Below are positions 18,505 through 26,654 of a DNA stretch of 64,000 bases, one piece after another. Below the pieces are notes generated by a model. That model was not told the DNA's origin. It worked only from the letters and a program-made list of their open reading frames with translations, and did no database searches. Position numbers and translations under genes: made by a program. Position 1 is the stretch's first letter; each line of letters opens with the position of its first letter. The stretch is from Methanobacteriota archaeon (GTDB taxonomy: Archaea > Thermoplasmatota > Poseidoniia > Poseidoniales > Thalassarchaeaceae), in NCBI GenBank assembly GCA_002708695.1, contig PAOZ01000011.1:145-64144 (forward strand), written 5' to 3'.

Positions 18505-20055
18505 ATGGCTAAACCTGAATGGATGAAAGAGGCCCCAAAGCCAATTTCGTCTATTTTAATTGCAAATAGGGGAGAAATAGCTTGTCGAATTATTCGTGCT
18601 TGTCAAGAAATGAAAATAAAGGCAATTGCAATCCAATCTTCCTCTGATGAAGGTGCATTGCATACTGAAATGGCTGATCAAGTCGTTGTTTTGTCTGGTG
18701 ATAGTTTAGCCGAAACGTATCTCAATGGAGATGCAATTATCGATGCTGCAAAGTCATGTGGTGCTGATGCTATACATCCGGGTTATGGTTTTCTTTCGGA
18801 GAGAGCTGATTTTGCTAAGTCGGTGGCCTCTTCTGGGTTAATTTGGATTGGTCCTTCTCCTGAAGCAATTGATTCAATGGGTGATAAGGTTACAGCTAGA
18901 CGTAGAATGGAAGACGCCTCAGTTCCAGTAATTCCTGGAAGAGAAATTTCTATTGGAATTGATGAAGAATCTACTATTGATTCATTGATTACTGCTGCTA
19001 CGTCTGTTGGGTATCCTCTTTTGCTTAAAGCAAGTGCAGGTGGAGGTGGAAAAGGAATGCGTGTAGTACGTGAACCTAAGCGCCTCCAACAAGAATTTTT
19101 AGCGGCACAAAGAGAAGCAGAGAGTGCATTTGGAGATGGAACTGTTTACATCGAAAGGTTATTGGAAAATTCTAGACATATAGAAGTTCAAATTTTAGCT
19201 GATGACCATGGCAATACTGTTCATCTTTTTGAAAGAGAATGTAGTATCCAACGTCGTCATCAAAAGGTAGTAGAAGAAGCCCCTTCACCAGTTCTTGATG
19301 GAGAAACTAGGTCTGCAATGGGTAAAGCAGCAGTATCTGCAGCAAAAGAGGTCTCTTATTCAGGAGCAGGAACTGTGGAATTTTTATTGTCCTCTGATGG
19401 TTCATTCTATTTCTTAGAAATGAATACTAGGTTACAGGTTGAACATCCAGTGACTGAATGTATTTCTGGGATTGATTTGGTTGAGCAACAAATTCGTGTC
19501 GCGTCAGGTTTACCATTGCCATTCTCTCAAAATGATCTTTCTATTAGGGGACATGCAATTGAGGTTAGAATATACGCTGAAGACCCATCAAAGGGGTTCT
19601 TACCTGCAACAGGACCCCTTGCAGTATTTGTTCCTCCTGAAGGACCAGGAGTTAGATTAGATACTGGGGTTCGACAAGGTGATGAAGCTAGAATTGATTT
19701 TGATCCTATGCTTGCTAAATTAATCGTTCATGGTTCAAATAGAGAGCAGGCGATAAGAAGGATGGAAAGGGCACTGAGTTCGTTTGTAATTTTGGGTGCA
19801 ACTACAAATATTGATTTTTTGATTGACATAATGCGTCATGAGTCGTTCATTTCAGGCGATACAACAACCAATTTTATCGATATTCATTTTTCGGAAGGTT
19901 GGGAATCAAATCAAACAAAATCTTCAGTTGTTGTTTTAGCGGCATGTGCTGAACAGTTGGGTCTTCATCGTAGTCAAATAGCCTCATCTTCAGAAGAAAC
20001 TGGTCGTACAACTTCAAACGATCCCTTTTTGCTGATTTCTAGGAGTTTTCCGTGA
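18505..20055 (+). CDS. Biotin carboxylase subunit of acyl-CoA carboxylase
   Basis: 516 aa. ILIANRGEIACRIIRA, GYGFLSE, ATP-grasp KASAGGGGKGMRVV and EMNTRLQVEHPVTE motifs. Confidence 0.9.
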   Translation: MAKPEWMKEAPKPISSILIANRGEIACRIIRACQEMKIKAIAIQSSSDEGALHTEMADQVVVLSGDSLAETYLNGDAIIDAAKSCGADAIHPGYGFLSERADFAKSVASSGLIWIGPSPEAIDSMGDKVTARRRMEDASVPVIPGREISIGIDEESTIDSLITAATSVGYPLLLKASAGGGGKGMRVVREPKRLQQEFLAAQREAESAFGDGTVYIERLLENSRHIEVQILADDHGNTVHLFERECSIQRRHQKVVEEAPSPVLDGETRSAMGKAAVSAAKEVSYSGAGTVEFLLSSDGSFYFLEMNTRLQVEHPVTECISGIDLVEQQIRVASGLPLPFSQNDLSIRGHAIEVRIYAEDPSKGFLPATGPLAVFVPPEGPGVRLDTGVRQGDEARIDFDPMLAKLIVHGSNREQAIRRMERALSSFVILGATTNIDFLIDIMRHESFISGDTTTNFIDIHFSEGWESNQTKSSVVVLAACAEQLGLHRSQIASSSEETGRTTSNDPFLLISRSFP

Positions 20056-20064
20056 GGTGTTTAG

Positions 20065-20571
20065 ATGGTTAATCTTAGAGATTCAGAAGGTAGGAATTGG
20101 AGTATACAAATTGGTGGTTCCCCCTTAGTTCCTATTTCAATAGATTTAGAAGAAGAAAAAGTCGAATTCGAACCTATTTCAATTTCTTCTGATTCTCGCC
20201 CAAATAGAATTATTCTCAAAGCTAATGGGGTTGAGAAAGTAGTTTATTGTGCTAAAATCAACGATAAATGGTGGATTCATCTAGATGGAAATGTTTCTGT
20301 AATTGAAGTAGTAGAGCCAGGAGCATCAAATTCAGGAGTGAATGAAGGTGAATTTACTGCACCAATGCCTGGTAAAGTGTTGGAAGTATTAATTCCAGAA
20401 GGTGCAACTGTATCGGAGGGTCAACCATTGATGGTATTGGAGGCTATGAAAATGGAACATAGGATATTAGCTGATAGAGAAGGTATTGTAACAGTAATAC
20501 ATTATTCCCCTGGTGATCAAGTAGATGCAGGATCGGTTTTACTAGAGTTGGAATCAGATAAATCCAATTGA
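20065..20571 (+). CDS. Biotin carboxyl carrier protein subunit
   Basis: 168 aa with the biotinyl-lysine motif LEAMKMEH. Has its own GAGGTG Shine-Dalgarno 6 nt upstream of the ATG. Confidence 0.85.
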   Translation: MVNLRDSEGRNWSIQIGGSPLVPISIDLEEEKVEFEPISISSDSRPNRIILKANGVEKVVYCAKINDKWWIHLDGNVSVIEVVEPGASNSGVNEGEFTAPMPGKVLEVLIPEGATVSEGQPLMVLEAMKMEHRILADREGIVTVIHYSPGDQVDAGSVLLELESDKSN

Positions 20572-20625
20572 AAGATTGAATTTTTGATTTAATTTTCCAA
20601 TTGAAAAATGAAATTACCAATTGGT
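20563..20625. terminator. Three dyad motifs packed in a convergent spacer (candidate bidirectional termination/regulatory region)
   Basis: TCCAATTGAAAG at 20563-20574 overlaps the BCCP stop. TTTTCCAATTGAAAAA is at 20593-20608. ACCAATTGGTTTTTT at 20616-20630 overlaps the serS stop. Oligo-T runs occur on both strands. Confidence 0.4.
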
Positions 20626-21897
20626 TTTTTCTAAATGTGTTTGTCCATTGAACCATGCCAATAGTTTCGAAGGAATTCTTACTCTCCCATCATCTTCTTG
20701 ATATTGTTCCATAATCGCCACCAATGCTCTAGATGTAGCTACTGCAGTAGAATTCAATGTATGAACTGAAGAATTTCCATCAGAAGTTCTGTATCTCATT
20801 TTTAATCTGTTAGCCTGATAATCTGTACAATTAGAACATGACACCACTTCTTTGAAAGTTCCAACTCCAGGTAACCATGCTTCCAAATCATATTTCTTAG
20901 CAGCAACAGTTCCCATATCTCCTGTACAGATGTTTACAACCCTGTAATACAGTCCAAGTTCATCCCATAGATCAATACAATTTTGCAGAAGTTCTTCATG
21001 ATGATTCCATGATTCGTCTGGTTTACAAATAATAATTTGTTCTACTTTCGTAAATTGGTGGACTCTCCAAATTCCCTTATCAGATAACCCGTGTGCGCCA
21101 ACCTCTCGACGAAAACAAGGACTTACTCCCACCATCTTGATTGGAAGCAAAGATGGCTCGATGATTTCATCCATGAACATAGCAGTTAGAGGATGTTCAC
21201 TAGTTGCAATTGCATAATACCCATCTGGTTGTATATCATACATTACAGTTTCAAAATCAGTTAAATCAGTAACTCCTTCGTATGCTTCTCTATTCATCAT
21301 TACGGGTGGTTGAACTAATGTGTATCCACGATTAACAAGAAAATCAATAGAAAATTGTTGAAGTGCCAATTCTAGTCTAGCTAAGTCTCCTTTAAGATAA
21401 TAAAACCTTGAACCACTAATTTTTGCAGCTCTTCCTAAATCTACCCATTTGTTTTCTTCGATAAGTTCATTGTGAACTTTAGGTTTGAAATCGAATTCAG
21501 GCTTTTTTCCATGCATTGAATGAGATGTGTTTCCCTCTTCATTGTCTCCTATTGGAACACTATCATGCAATATATTCGGAATTTTCATTCTGATAGCATC
21601 TCTTGCTTTCTCAGTTTCATCTGCCTTAGCACCCAATTCTTCTATTTGAGCACCAAGATTGGAAACTTCAGATAGAATTTTGTCTGCTTTTTCAGAATCG
21701 CCTGCTTTCTTAGCCGTTGCAATCTCTCTTGCAGCATCATTTCGTTGCCTTCGGATTTGATCTGCTTGATATCGTAACTCTTTCCATTCTTCATCTAAAG
21801 ATATGACTTGATTAATCAAATCATGAGGAATTCCTCTTCGATTATGATCAGCACGAATAACATCGGCTAACTCTCTGAACATCTTCATCTCGAGCAT
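20614..21897 (-). CDS. serS: Seryl-tRNA synthetase
   Basis: N-terminal coiled-coil arm followed by class-II core motifs (FRREVGAHG, TGDMGTVAAKKYDLEAW, NSTAVATSRALVAIMEQ). The track starts at a GTG (21921); the ATG at 21897 (MLEMKMFRE) fits the typical SerS N-terminus. Confidence 0.95.
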   Translation of the reverse strand: MLEMKMFRELADVIRADHNRRGIPHDLINQVISLDEEWKELRYQADQIRRQRNDAAREIATAKKAGDSEKADKILSEVSNLGAQIEELGAKADETEKARDAIRMKIPNILHDSVPIGDNEEGNTSHSMHGKKPEFDFKPKVHNELIEENKWVDLGRAAKISGSRFYYLKGDLARLELALQQFSIDFLVNRGYTLVQPPVMMNREAYEGVTDLTDFETVMYDIQPDGYYAIATSEHPLTAMFMDEIIEPSLLPIKMVGVSPCFRREVGAHGLSDKGIWRVHQFTKVEQIIICKPDESWNHHEELLQNCIDLWDELGLYYRVVNICTGDMGTVAAKKYDLEAWLPGVGTFKEVVSCSNCTDYQANRLKMRYRTSDGNSSVHTLNSTAVATSRALVAIMEQYQEDDGRVRIPSKLLAWFNGQTHLEKTNW

Positions 21898-21940
21898 ATG
21901 AACGGGCCTACGAAGGGGCACTTCGCTTCAACCGTTTGCA

Positions 21941-24082
21941 TCAGAATAGGGTAATATTGAACGCCAATGCATCAAATCCTAGTACAATTATTGTTGTGAT
22001 TAAATATCCTAGAATTGAACCTCCGTTGAGCAAAGGAAGTCCAGCTTGAGGTTTACCTCTTGCGACCTGAGTCATCAGTAGGATATATCCTACTAATCCT
22101 CCAATTAGGGTTCCAAAGGCAACTGCAGTAGGCCCATGCAAGCCTGCAAAGCCAATTTCATCAGGTAACCATGTCATTGCTGAAATTACTAAAATTCCGG
22201 GGAAGATTACATCACCTAGGCCCATGAACATTGCATCAGCGGTTTTCTTTGCATCATTGGATTTTGTTTTGGGCACTACTTCTGAATTTGAATGCATTCT
22301 CTCTCTTTCTACCATTTTCCCATCATCTTCATCAAGGAAAGAGTAACCTTTGTCCTTAGGTGCAACAAGTAAAATTGGAAGTTTAAGATCAATCATGGTA
22401 TCAGCTAAAGTTAGCATATGTTTACTCCCGTTTACTGCCCAATGGTCGTAAATGGCCATTCCAATCATGAAGATAATTACTAGCCAAGGAACAAATGAAA
22501 CTCCTAACATTACACTTACTCCTGCTCCAACTAATATTCCTGTTGTGTTTACAATATACCATTCAGGTCTTAGGATAATTGCGGCCATCAGAATTATACT
22601 CAACGAAAGAGCAATGATGTCTGCCCAAGCAATTCCTACCCCTACAAAGTTAAACGGCGGCGCGTCTGGCAAATTCCAAACAACCATTTTCAATGGTTCA
22701 TCAAAAGAACTAGAATTTGTATCAAATAAAATCACTCCTTCTTTCAATTGTGTATAACCTTCATGAGATTGATATTGAATCGCTATAGATACTAATCCGT
22801 TACCAGGAATTATCGTAGCACGAGTTGCATCAACTTTTGAAGATCCCATGAACACTCTTAGGTTTTCATTATCAAGAACCCAGAGATCATTATATCCTCC
22901 ATTGCAACAATCTTCCAACAATAGACCTCTTATTGGACCTTGAAAAACACCTTCAAAATTGACTGCATCATTTTCTTCAACAGTTCCATTAGAATGGATT
23001 CTAAATCCATCAACAGATCCATTTTCAGTTCCTAAATATAGACTAAAAACTTGAGAGGAACTATTGTAAATTTCAAATGTATCACTGCCAAATGTTGTCG
23101 CAGTAAACATATTTCCATCTGGTAAAGTAAAGTTCCAAACTGGTTCAATATAGGGGGGATTAAATCCATCTGAATGGGATTCAGTAGGAATTTCCAATAC
23201 ACCTGCCCATCGACTCGAAACAATCAGAATATGATTGTCTCCGATGTGTTTAGCAGAGAGAATATTCATCGAATCAAATTCACTAGGCATCAACCATTCC
23301 CAGGATCTATCTCTAGGACTGTCTATTGATTCAATAGGTTTGAATTCGTCTATTTTCAATAAGGTTGGCCCAAAAATTTGCCATTCAGATTCTTCGCTAT
23401 CTACGAAACCTAAACTACAGTTGTCATCAAATCGATCGATAATATCTCCACTTGATGCATCGATTCTAATCCATTGAGTCAAATCACAAATTATGATATC
23501 ATTTGCTGATGACATAATATGATAGATCATTTTTCCATTTGGACTAATCGATACCGATTCATTTCTAGATTCGGAAATATTGGCTGTCCAATTTATAGAT
23601 CCTCCTCCATATATTCCATTATTTCCAATAGCATTATCTACAGAGATTAGAGAATCCCCATTGAAGAAAAACATATTTTCTGTATCTCCTAATTCTTGTA
23701 TTATCTGTCCTCCTGATTCCGCTTCAGAGGTTGTAGTGGTCAGTTCTGCAGTTGGAATTGCAAGATGCGCCATTGGTACAAGGCTGTATGATAATGCTAT
23801 CCAAAGAACGAAAAGAATTCCAATTTGAATCAATTTTTGCATATTTTTCTTAGCCAACCAAATAATTGCTGCAGTAAAAATTAGAATGAAAATTCCTTCT
23901 AATAGAATAAAACCGGCTTTGGTAGAACCTGCAGCCCCGAATGCACGTAGTTCATCTCGGTCGTAAAATGGTTGAATCAGGGTAGAAAGAAAGATTGTAA
24001 CAGTGAACATTCCCGCCATTCCGAACATGGATGTCCATTGACCTTTGAGCACCTCTAATAGTGGTGGCTCGTCCTTCGCCAT
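21941..24082 (-). CDS. Presenilin/signal-peptide-peptidase family (A22, GxGD) intramembrane aspartyl protease with a large extracytoplasmic insertion
   Basis: 713 aa. The C-terminal third carries MAIYDHWAV (YD), FMGLGDVIFPGILV (GxGD) and a PAL-like QAGLPLLNGG. About 390 aa of soluble, repeat-like sequence lie between the N-terminal TM helices and the catalytic TM bundle. Confidence 0.7.
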   Translation of the reverse strand: MAKDEPPLLEVLKGQWTSMFGMAGMFTVTIFLSTLIQPFYDRDELRAFGAAGSTKAGFILLEGIFILIFTAAIIWLAKKNMQKLIQIGILFVLWIALSYSLVPMAHLAIPTAELTTTTSEAESGGQIIQELGDTENMFFFNGDSLISVDNAIGNNGIYGGGSINWTANISESRNESVSISPNGKMIYHIMSSANDIIICDLTQWIRIDASSGDIIDRFDDNCSLGFVDSEESEWQIFGPTLLKIDEFKPIESIDSPRDRSWEWLMPSEFDSMNILSAKHIGDNHILIVSSRWAGVLEIPTESHSDGFNPPYIEPVWNFTLPDGNMFTATTFGSDTFEIYNSSSQVFSLYLGTENGSVDGFRIHSNGTVEENDAVNFEGVFQGPIRGLLLEDCCNGGYNDLWVLDNENLRVFMGSSKVDATRATIIPGNGLVSIAIQYQSHEGYTQLKEGVILFDTNSSSFDEPLKMVVWNLPDAPPFNFVGVGIAWADIIALSLSIILMAAIILRPEWYIVNTTGILVGAGVSVMLGVSFVPWLVIIFMIGMAIYDHWAVNGSKHMLTLADTMIDLKLPILLVAPKDKGYSFLDEDDGKMVERERMHSNSEVVPKTKSNDAKKTADAMFMGLGDVIFPGILVISAMTWLPDEIGFAGLHGPTAVAFGTLIGGLVGYILLMTQVARGKPQAGLPLLNGGSILGYLITTIIVLGFDALAFNITLF

Positions 24083-24125
24083 GATATAGGGAAGTTCAAA
24101 TCACATTTCATTATATGTACGTCTC

Positions 24126-25598
24126 ATGGGGCAAGATGTCGACTCGTCAGATATTGATGAAGATCCTACGCCTCGTGAATGGTTGGAAGAACGAAAAAAA
24201 ATTGGCATGCGCCCTGGGTTGGATGTTACTTATTCCATGCTAGCTCGTTTGGGTATGCCTCAAATGTCGTTTCCATGTGTTCACGTAGCTGGAACCAATG
24301 GAAAGGGCACTACTTGTGTTTATGTTGCAAATACTCTGACTTTAGCAGGGAAAAAGACGGGTTTATTCACTTCCCCGCATCTTTGTCGTGTTGAAGAAAG
24401 AATTAGAATTGATGGACGTCCTATTTCTTCAAAACAGTTGGATAAGGCAATTCATGCAGTTAGGACGATGTCCCTACAAGAGCCAGTATTACAACCTACA
24501 TATTTTGAAACACTTTTCTTAGCTGCGATGATTTGTTTTAGAGCAGAAAATGTACAACGTGCAGTAATTGAAGCAGGATTAGGTGGTCGATTAGACGCAA
24601 CTAGATGCTGCTATGCTGATTTTACAATTTTAACTGAGATTTCATTAGAGCATACAGAAATATTAGGTGATAAATTAGAATTAATCGCAAAAGAAAAGGC
24701 TGCAATTGCAAGACCTGGGACAAGAATGCTTGCAAAGTGGCCGTATAATCCTGATGTAATGACTGTAATTGAAGAGGCCACAACTAAGGGTTGTGGCTAT
24801 TGGTGGCGAGGAGATCGTTTGGCCATGGTTGGATTTGAAAATGCAAATGAACCATTTAGAAAAATTGGATCAGGATTGGGAGATGGTCAGACTATTCCAT
24901 ATGGTGTATTTGATGGAATTATGACGATGCAAATGGATAATGCAATTTTGGGTCATGCAGCTGCTTGGTTTCTTCTTCCAATTGATCCAGGTGTTCCTCC
25001 ATTACATGATGTGATGGAGAGAACATTATGGCCAGGTAGGATGCAAGAAATATCTGGTCCTAAAGGGGTTGAACTGTTGCTTGATTGTGCGCATAATCCC
25101 AGTGGATTAGAAAAAATGGTTAATGAGTTAACATTAAGAAAACAGAGAGAAGAAAGAGCAGGCCGACCATTTTCGCCTTCTGCAATTGTAATTGGTACTA
25201 CAAAACAGAAAGATTTGTCTGTTTTTGTTCATCCGATTGTAGAATTAATTTCCGAAATGGGTAATCCAATGGTTGTTGTTACTCAACCATCTGAAGGAAG
25301 ATTAGCACCGGTTGAAAGTGATGATTTAGCAGATGAAATTAGACTTCAATATCCAGAAGCTCGAATTCAAGTAAGGCCCAATATACATGTTGCACTAAAC
25401 ACTGCAGTGGAAGAAGCAGTTGATTCTGCAGCTCATTCCTTTATTGATGGCGTTTCTGGTTCTGTTTGGTGTTTTGGCAGTGTTCATTTAATTGGAGGGT
25501 TATTGACTATCCTTGGACAGGATAATGATGAAGCGTTGTCTACGATGAAATGGAAAGAGGATGACGTAATTGGCGATAGAGATACCATGAAACCATAA
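24126..25598 (+). CDS. folC: Folylpolyglutamate synthase / dihydrofolate synthase (Mur ligase family)
   Basis: HVAGTNGKGTTC P-loop, FTSPHL, EAGLGGRLDATR, and LLDCAHNP in the C-terminal domain. Confidence 0.85.
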   Translation: MGQDVDSSDIDEDPTPREWLEERKKIGMRPGLDVTYSMLARLGMPQMSFPCVHVAGTNGKGTTCVYVANTLTLAGKKTGLFTSPHLCRVEERIRIDGRPISSKQLDKAIHAVRTMSLQEPVLQPTYFETLFLAAMICFRAENVQRAVIEAGLGGRLDATRCCYADFTILTEISLEHTEILGDKLELIAKEKAAIARPGTRMLAKWPYNPDVMTVIEEATTKGCGYWWRGDRLAMVGFENANEPFRKIGSGLGDGQTIPYGVFDGIMTMQMDNAILGHAAAWFLLPIDPGVPPLHDVMERTLWPGRMQEISGPKGVELLLDCAHNPSGLEKMVNELTLRKQREERAGRPFSPSAIVIGTTKQKDLSVFVHPIVELISEMGNPMVVVTQPSEGRLAPVESDDLADEIRLQYPEARIQVRPNIHVALNTAVEEAVDSAAHSFIDGVSGSVWCFGSVHLIGGLLTILGQDNDEALSTMKWKEDDVIGDRDTMKP

Positions 25599-25631
25599 AG
25601 GAGTTTTTTTTGAGAGTAAGTGGGTGAAGGT

Positions 25632-26081
25632 ATGAGTGACAAATGGGATCGAAGATTTATTGATTTAGCATTGCATATTAGTGGATGGAGTAAAGACCCT
25701 TCAACCAAAGTTGGTTGTGTAGTAGTTGGTTCAGATCGTGAGATTCGGTCTACTGGATTTAATGGATTTCCGAGAGGAATTACCGACTCGATAGAGCGTT
25801 TAGAAGATCGTGAATTGAAGTATCCATTGATTTGTCATGCAGAGGAAAATGCAATTATGCATGCTGCACGAATTGGCATCTCTCTCAAAGATTGTACTGC
25901 ATACGTTACATGGCCCCCATGCACTCGTTGTGCACGTTCATTGATTCAAGCAGGTGTCGTAGAAGTTGTTTATCCTGGAGATATACAAATTCCTGATCGA
26001 TGGGTTGAAGATTTTGATCGTTCACTTTCTATGATGCAAGAAGCAGGTGTAATTGTTAGACCAACAACTAATTCTTCTTAA
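25632..26081 (+). CDS. dCMP deaminase (ComEB-type cytidine/deoxycytidylate deaminase)
   Basis: Zinc motifs CHAEENAI and PCTRCA, about 150 aa. The track starts at a GTG (25620); an ATG is at 25632. Confidence 0.85.
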   Translation: MSDKWDRRFIDLALHISGWSKDPSTKVGCVVVGSDREIRSTGFNGFPRGITDSIERLEDRELKYPLICHAEENAIMHAARIGISLKDCTAYVTWPPCTRCARSLIQAGVVEVVYPGDIQIPDRWVEDFDRSLSMMQEAGVIVRPTTNSS

Positions 26082-26620
26082 AACGTTGAAACCATGATTC
26101 CAAGAGATTCATAGAGTTCAGATAATGTTCCATCATTATTTATTACAATATCAGAAAGTTCGGCCGTTGCAACAAGAGCTTGGCCGCTTGAATTTTTTGC
26201 AAATGATTCTGCATCTTCTTGTTTTAGAAATTCTTGAAATTCCGTAGGATCTCCTTCCCTTCCTCTTTTTTGCATTCTTTCCCATCGCAAATCCAATGGA
26301 ACATTTACTTCAATCAGAACAAAATCCTTTCTAGATTTTAGTGCATGAACTTCATCAGGAGTTCTAATAGAATCTATGATTGTATTTTTATTTGGGTCCA
26401 TTCTTTCCAGTAACATTTCTGCCAATATTCCAGGCCCTCCATTTGAACGAAGTTCTCTTCCACCCTGTGTTAGATTTTCTCGATTAATTTCTTGATTATT
26501 TTCATGTAACCAATGTCTTATTGCATCTGAGCAAGAGCATCCATCCCATCCTTGATCAACAAACCATTGTACAATGGTTGTTTTTCCGGCAGCATTTCGT
26601 CCAGTTACTCCGAGTAACAT
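26078..26620 (-). CDS. P-loop nucleotide kinase-like protein (UPF0200 / dephospho-CoA-kinase-like)
   Basis: With the ATG at 26620 the N-terminus is MLLGVTGRNAAGKTT, a Walker A motif at the usual kinase position. The TTG-extended track ORF (to 26776) overlaps lhr. A 4-nt convergent overlap joins it to the dCMP deaminase stop. Confidence 0.6.
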   Translation of the reverse strand: MLLGVTGRNAAGKTTIVQWFVDQGWDGCSCSDAIRHWLHENNQEINRENLTQGGRELRSNGGPGILAEMLLERMDPNKNTIIDSIRTPDEVHALKSRKDFVLIEVNVPLDLRWERMQKRGREGDPTEFQEFLKQEDAESFAKNSSGQALVATAELSDIVINNDGTLSELYESLGIMVSTF

Positions 26621-26654
26621 GGATGTTGCAATGTTTAGAGTGAATTTATACTTG

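Noticed and set aside
20055-20065. Possible frameshift/pseudogene splitting a fused carboxylase alpha subunit into 516-aa and 168-aa ORFs.
   Set aside because: A separate GAGGTG Shine-Dalgarno precedes the second ATG. Separate AccC and AccB subunits are the known archaeal acyl-CoA carboxylase arrangement, so this is a natural two-gene layout.
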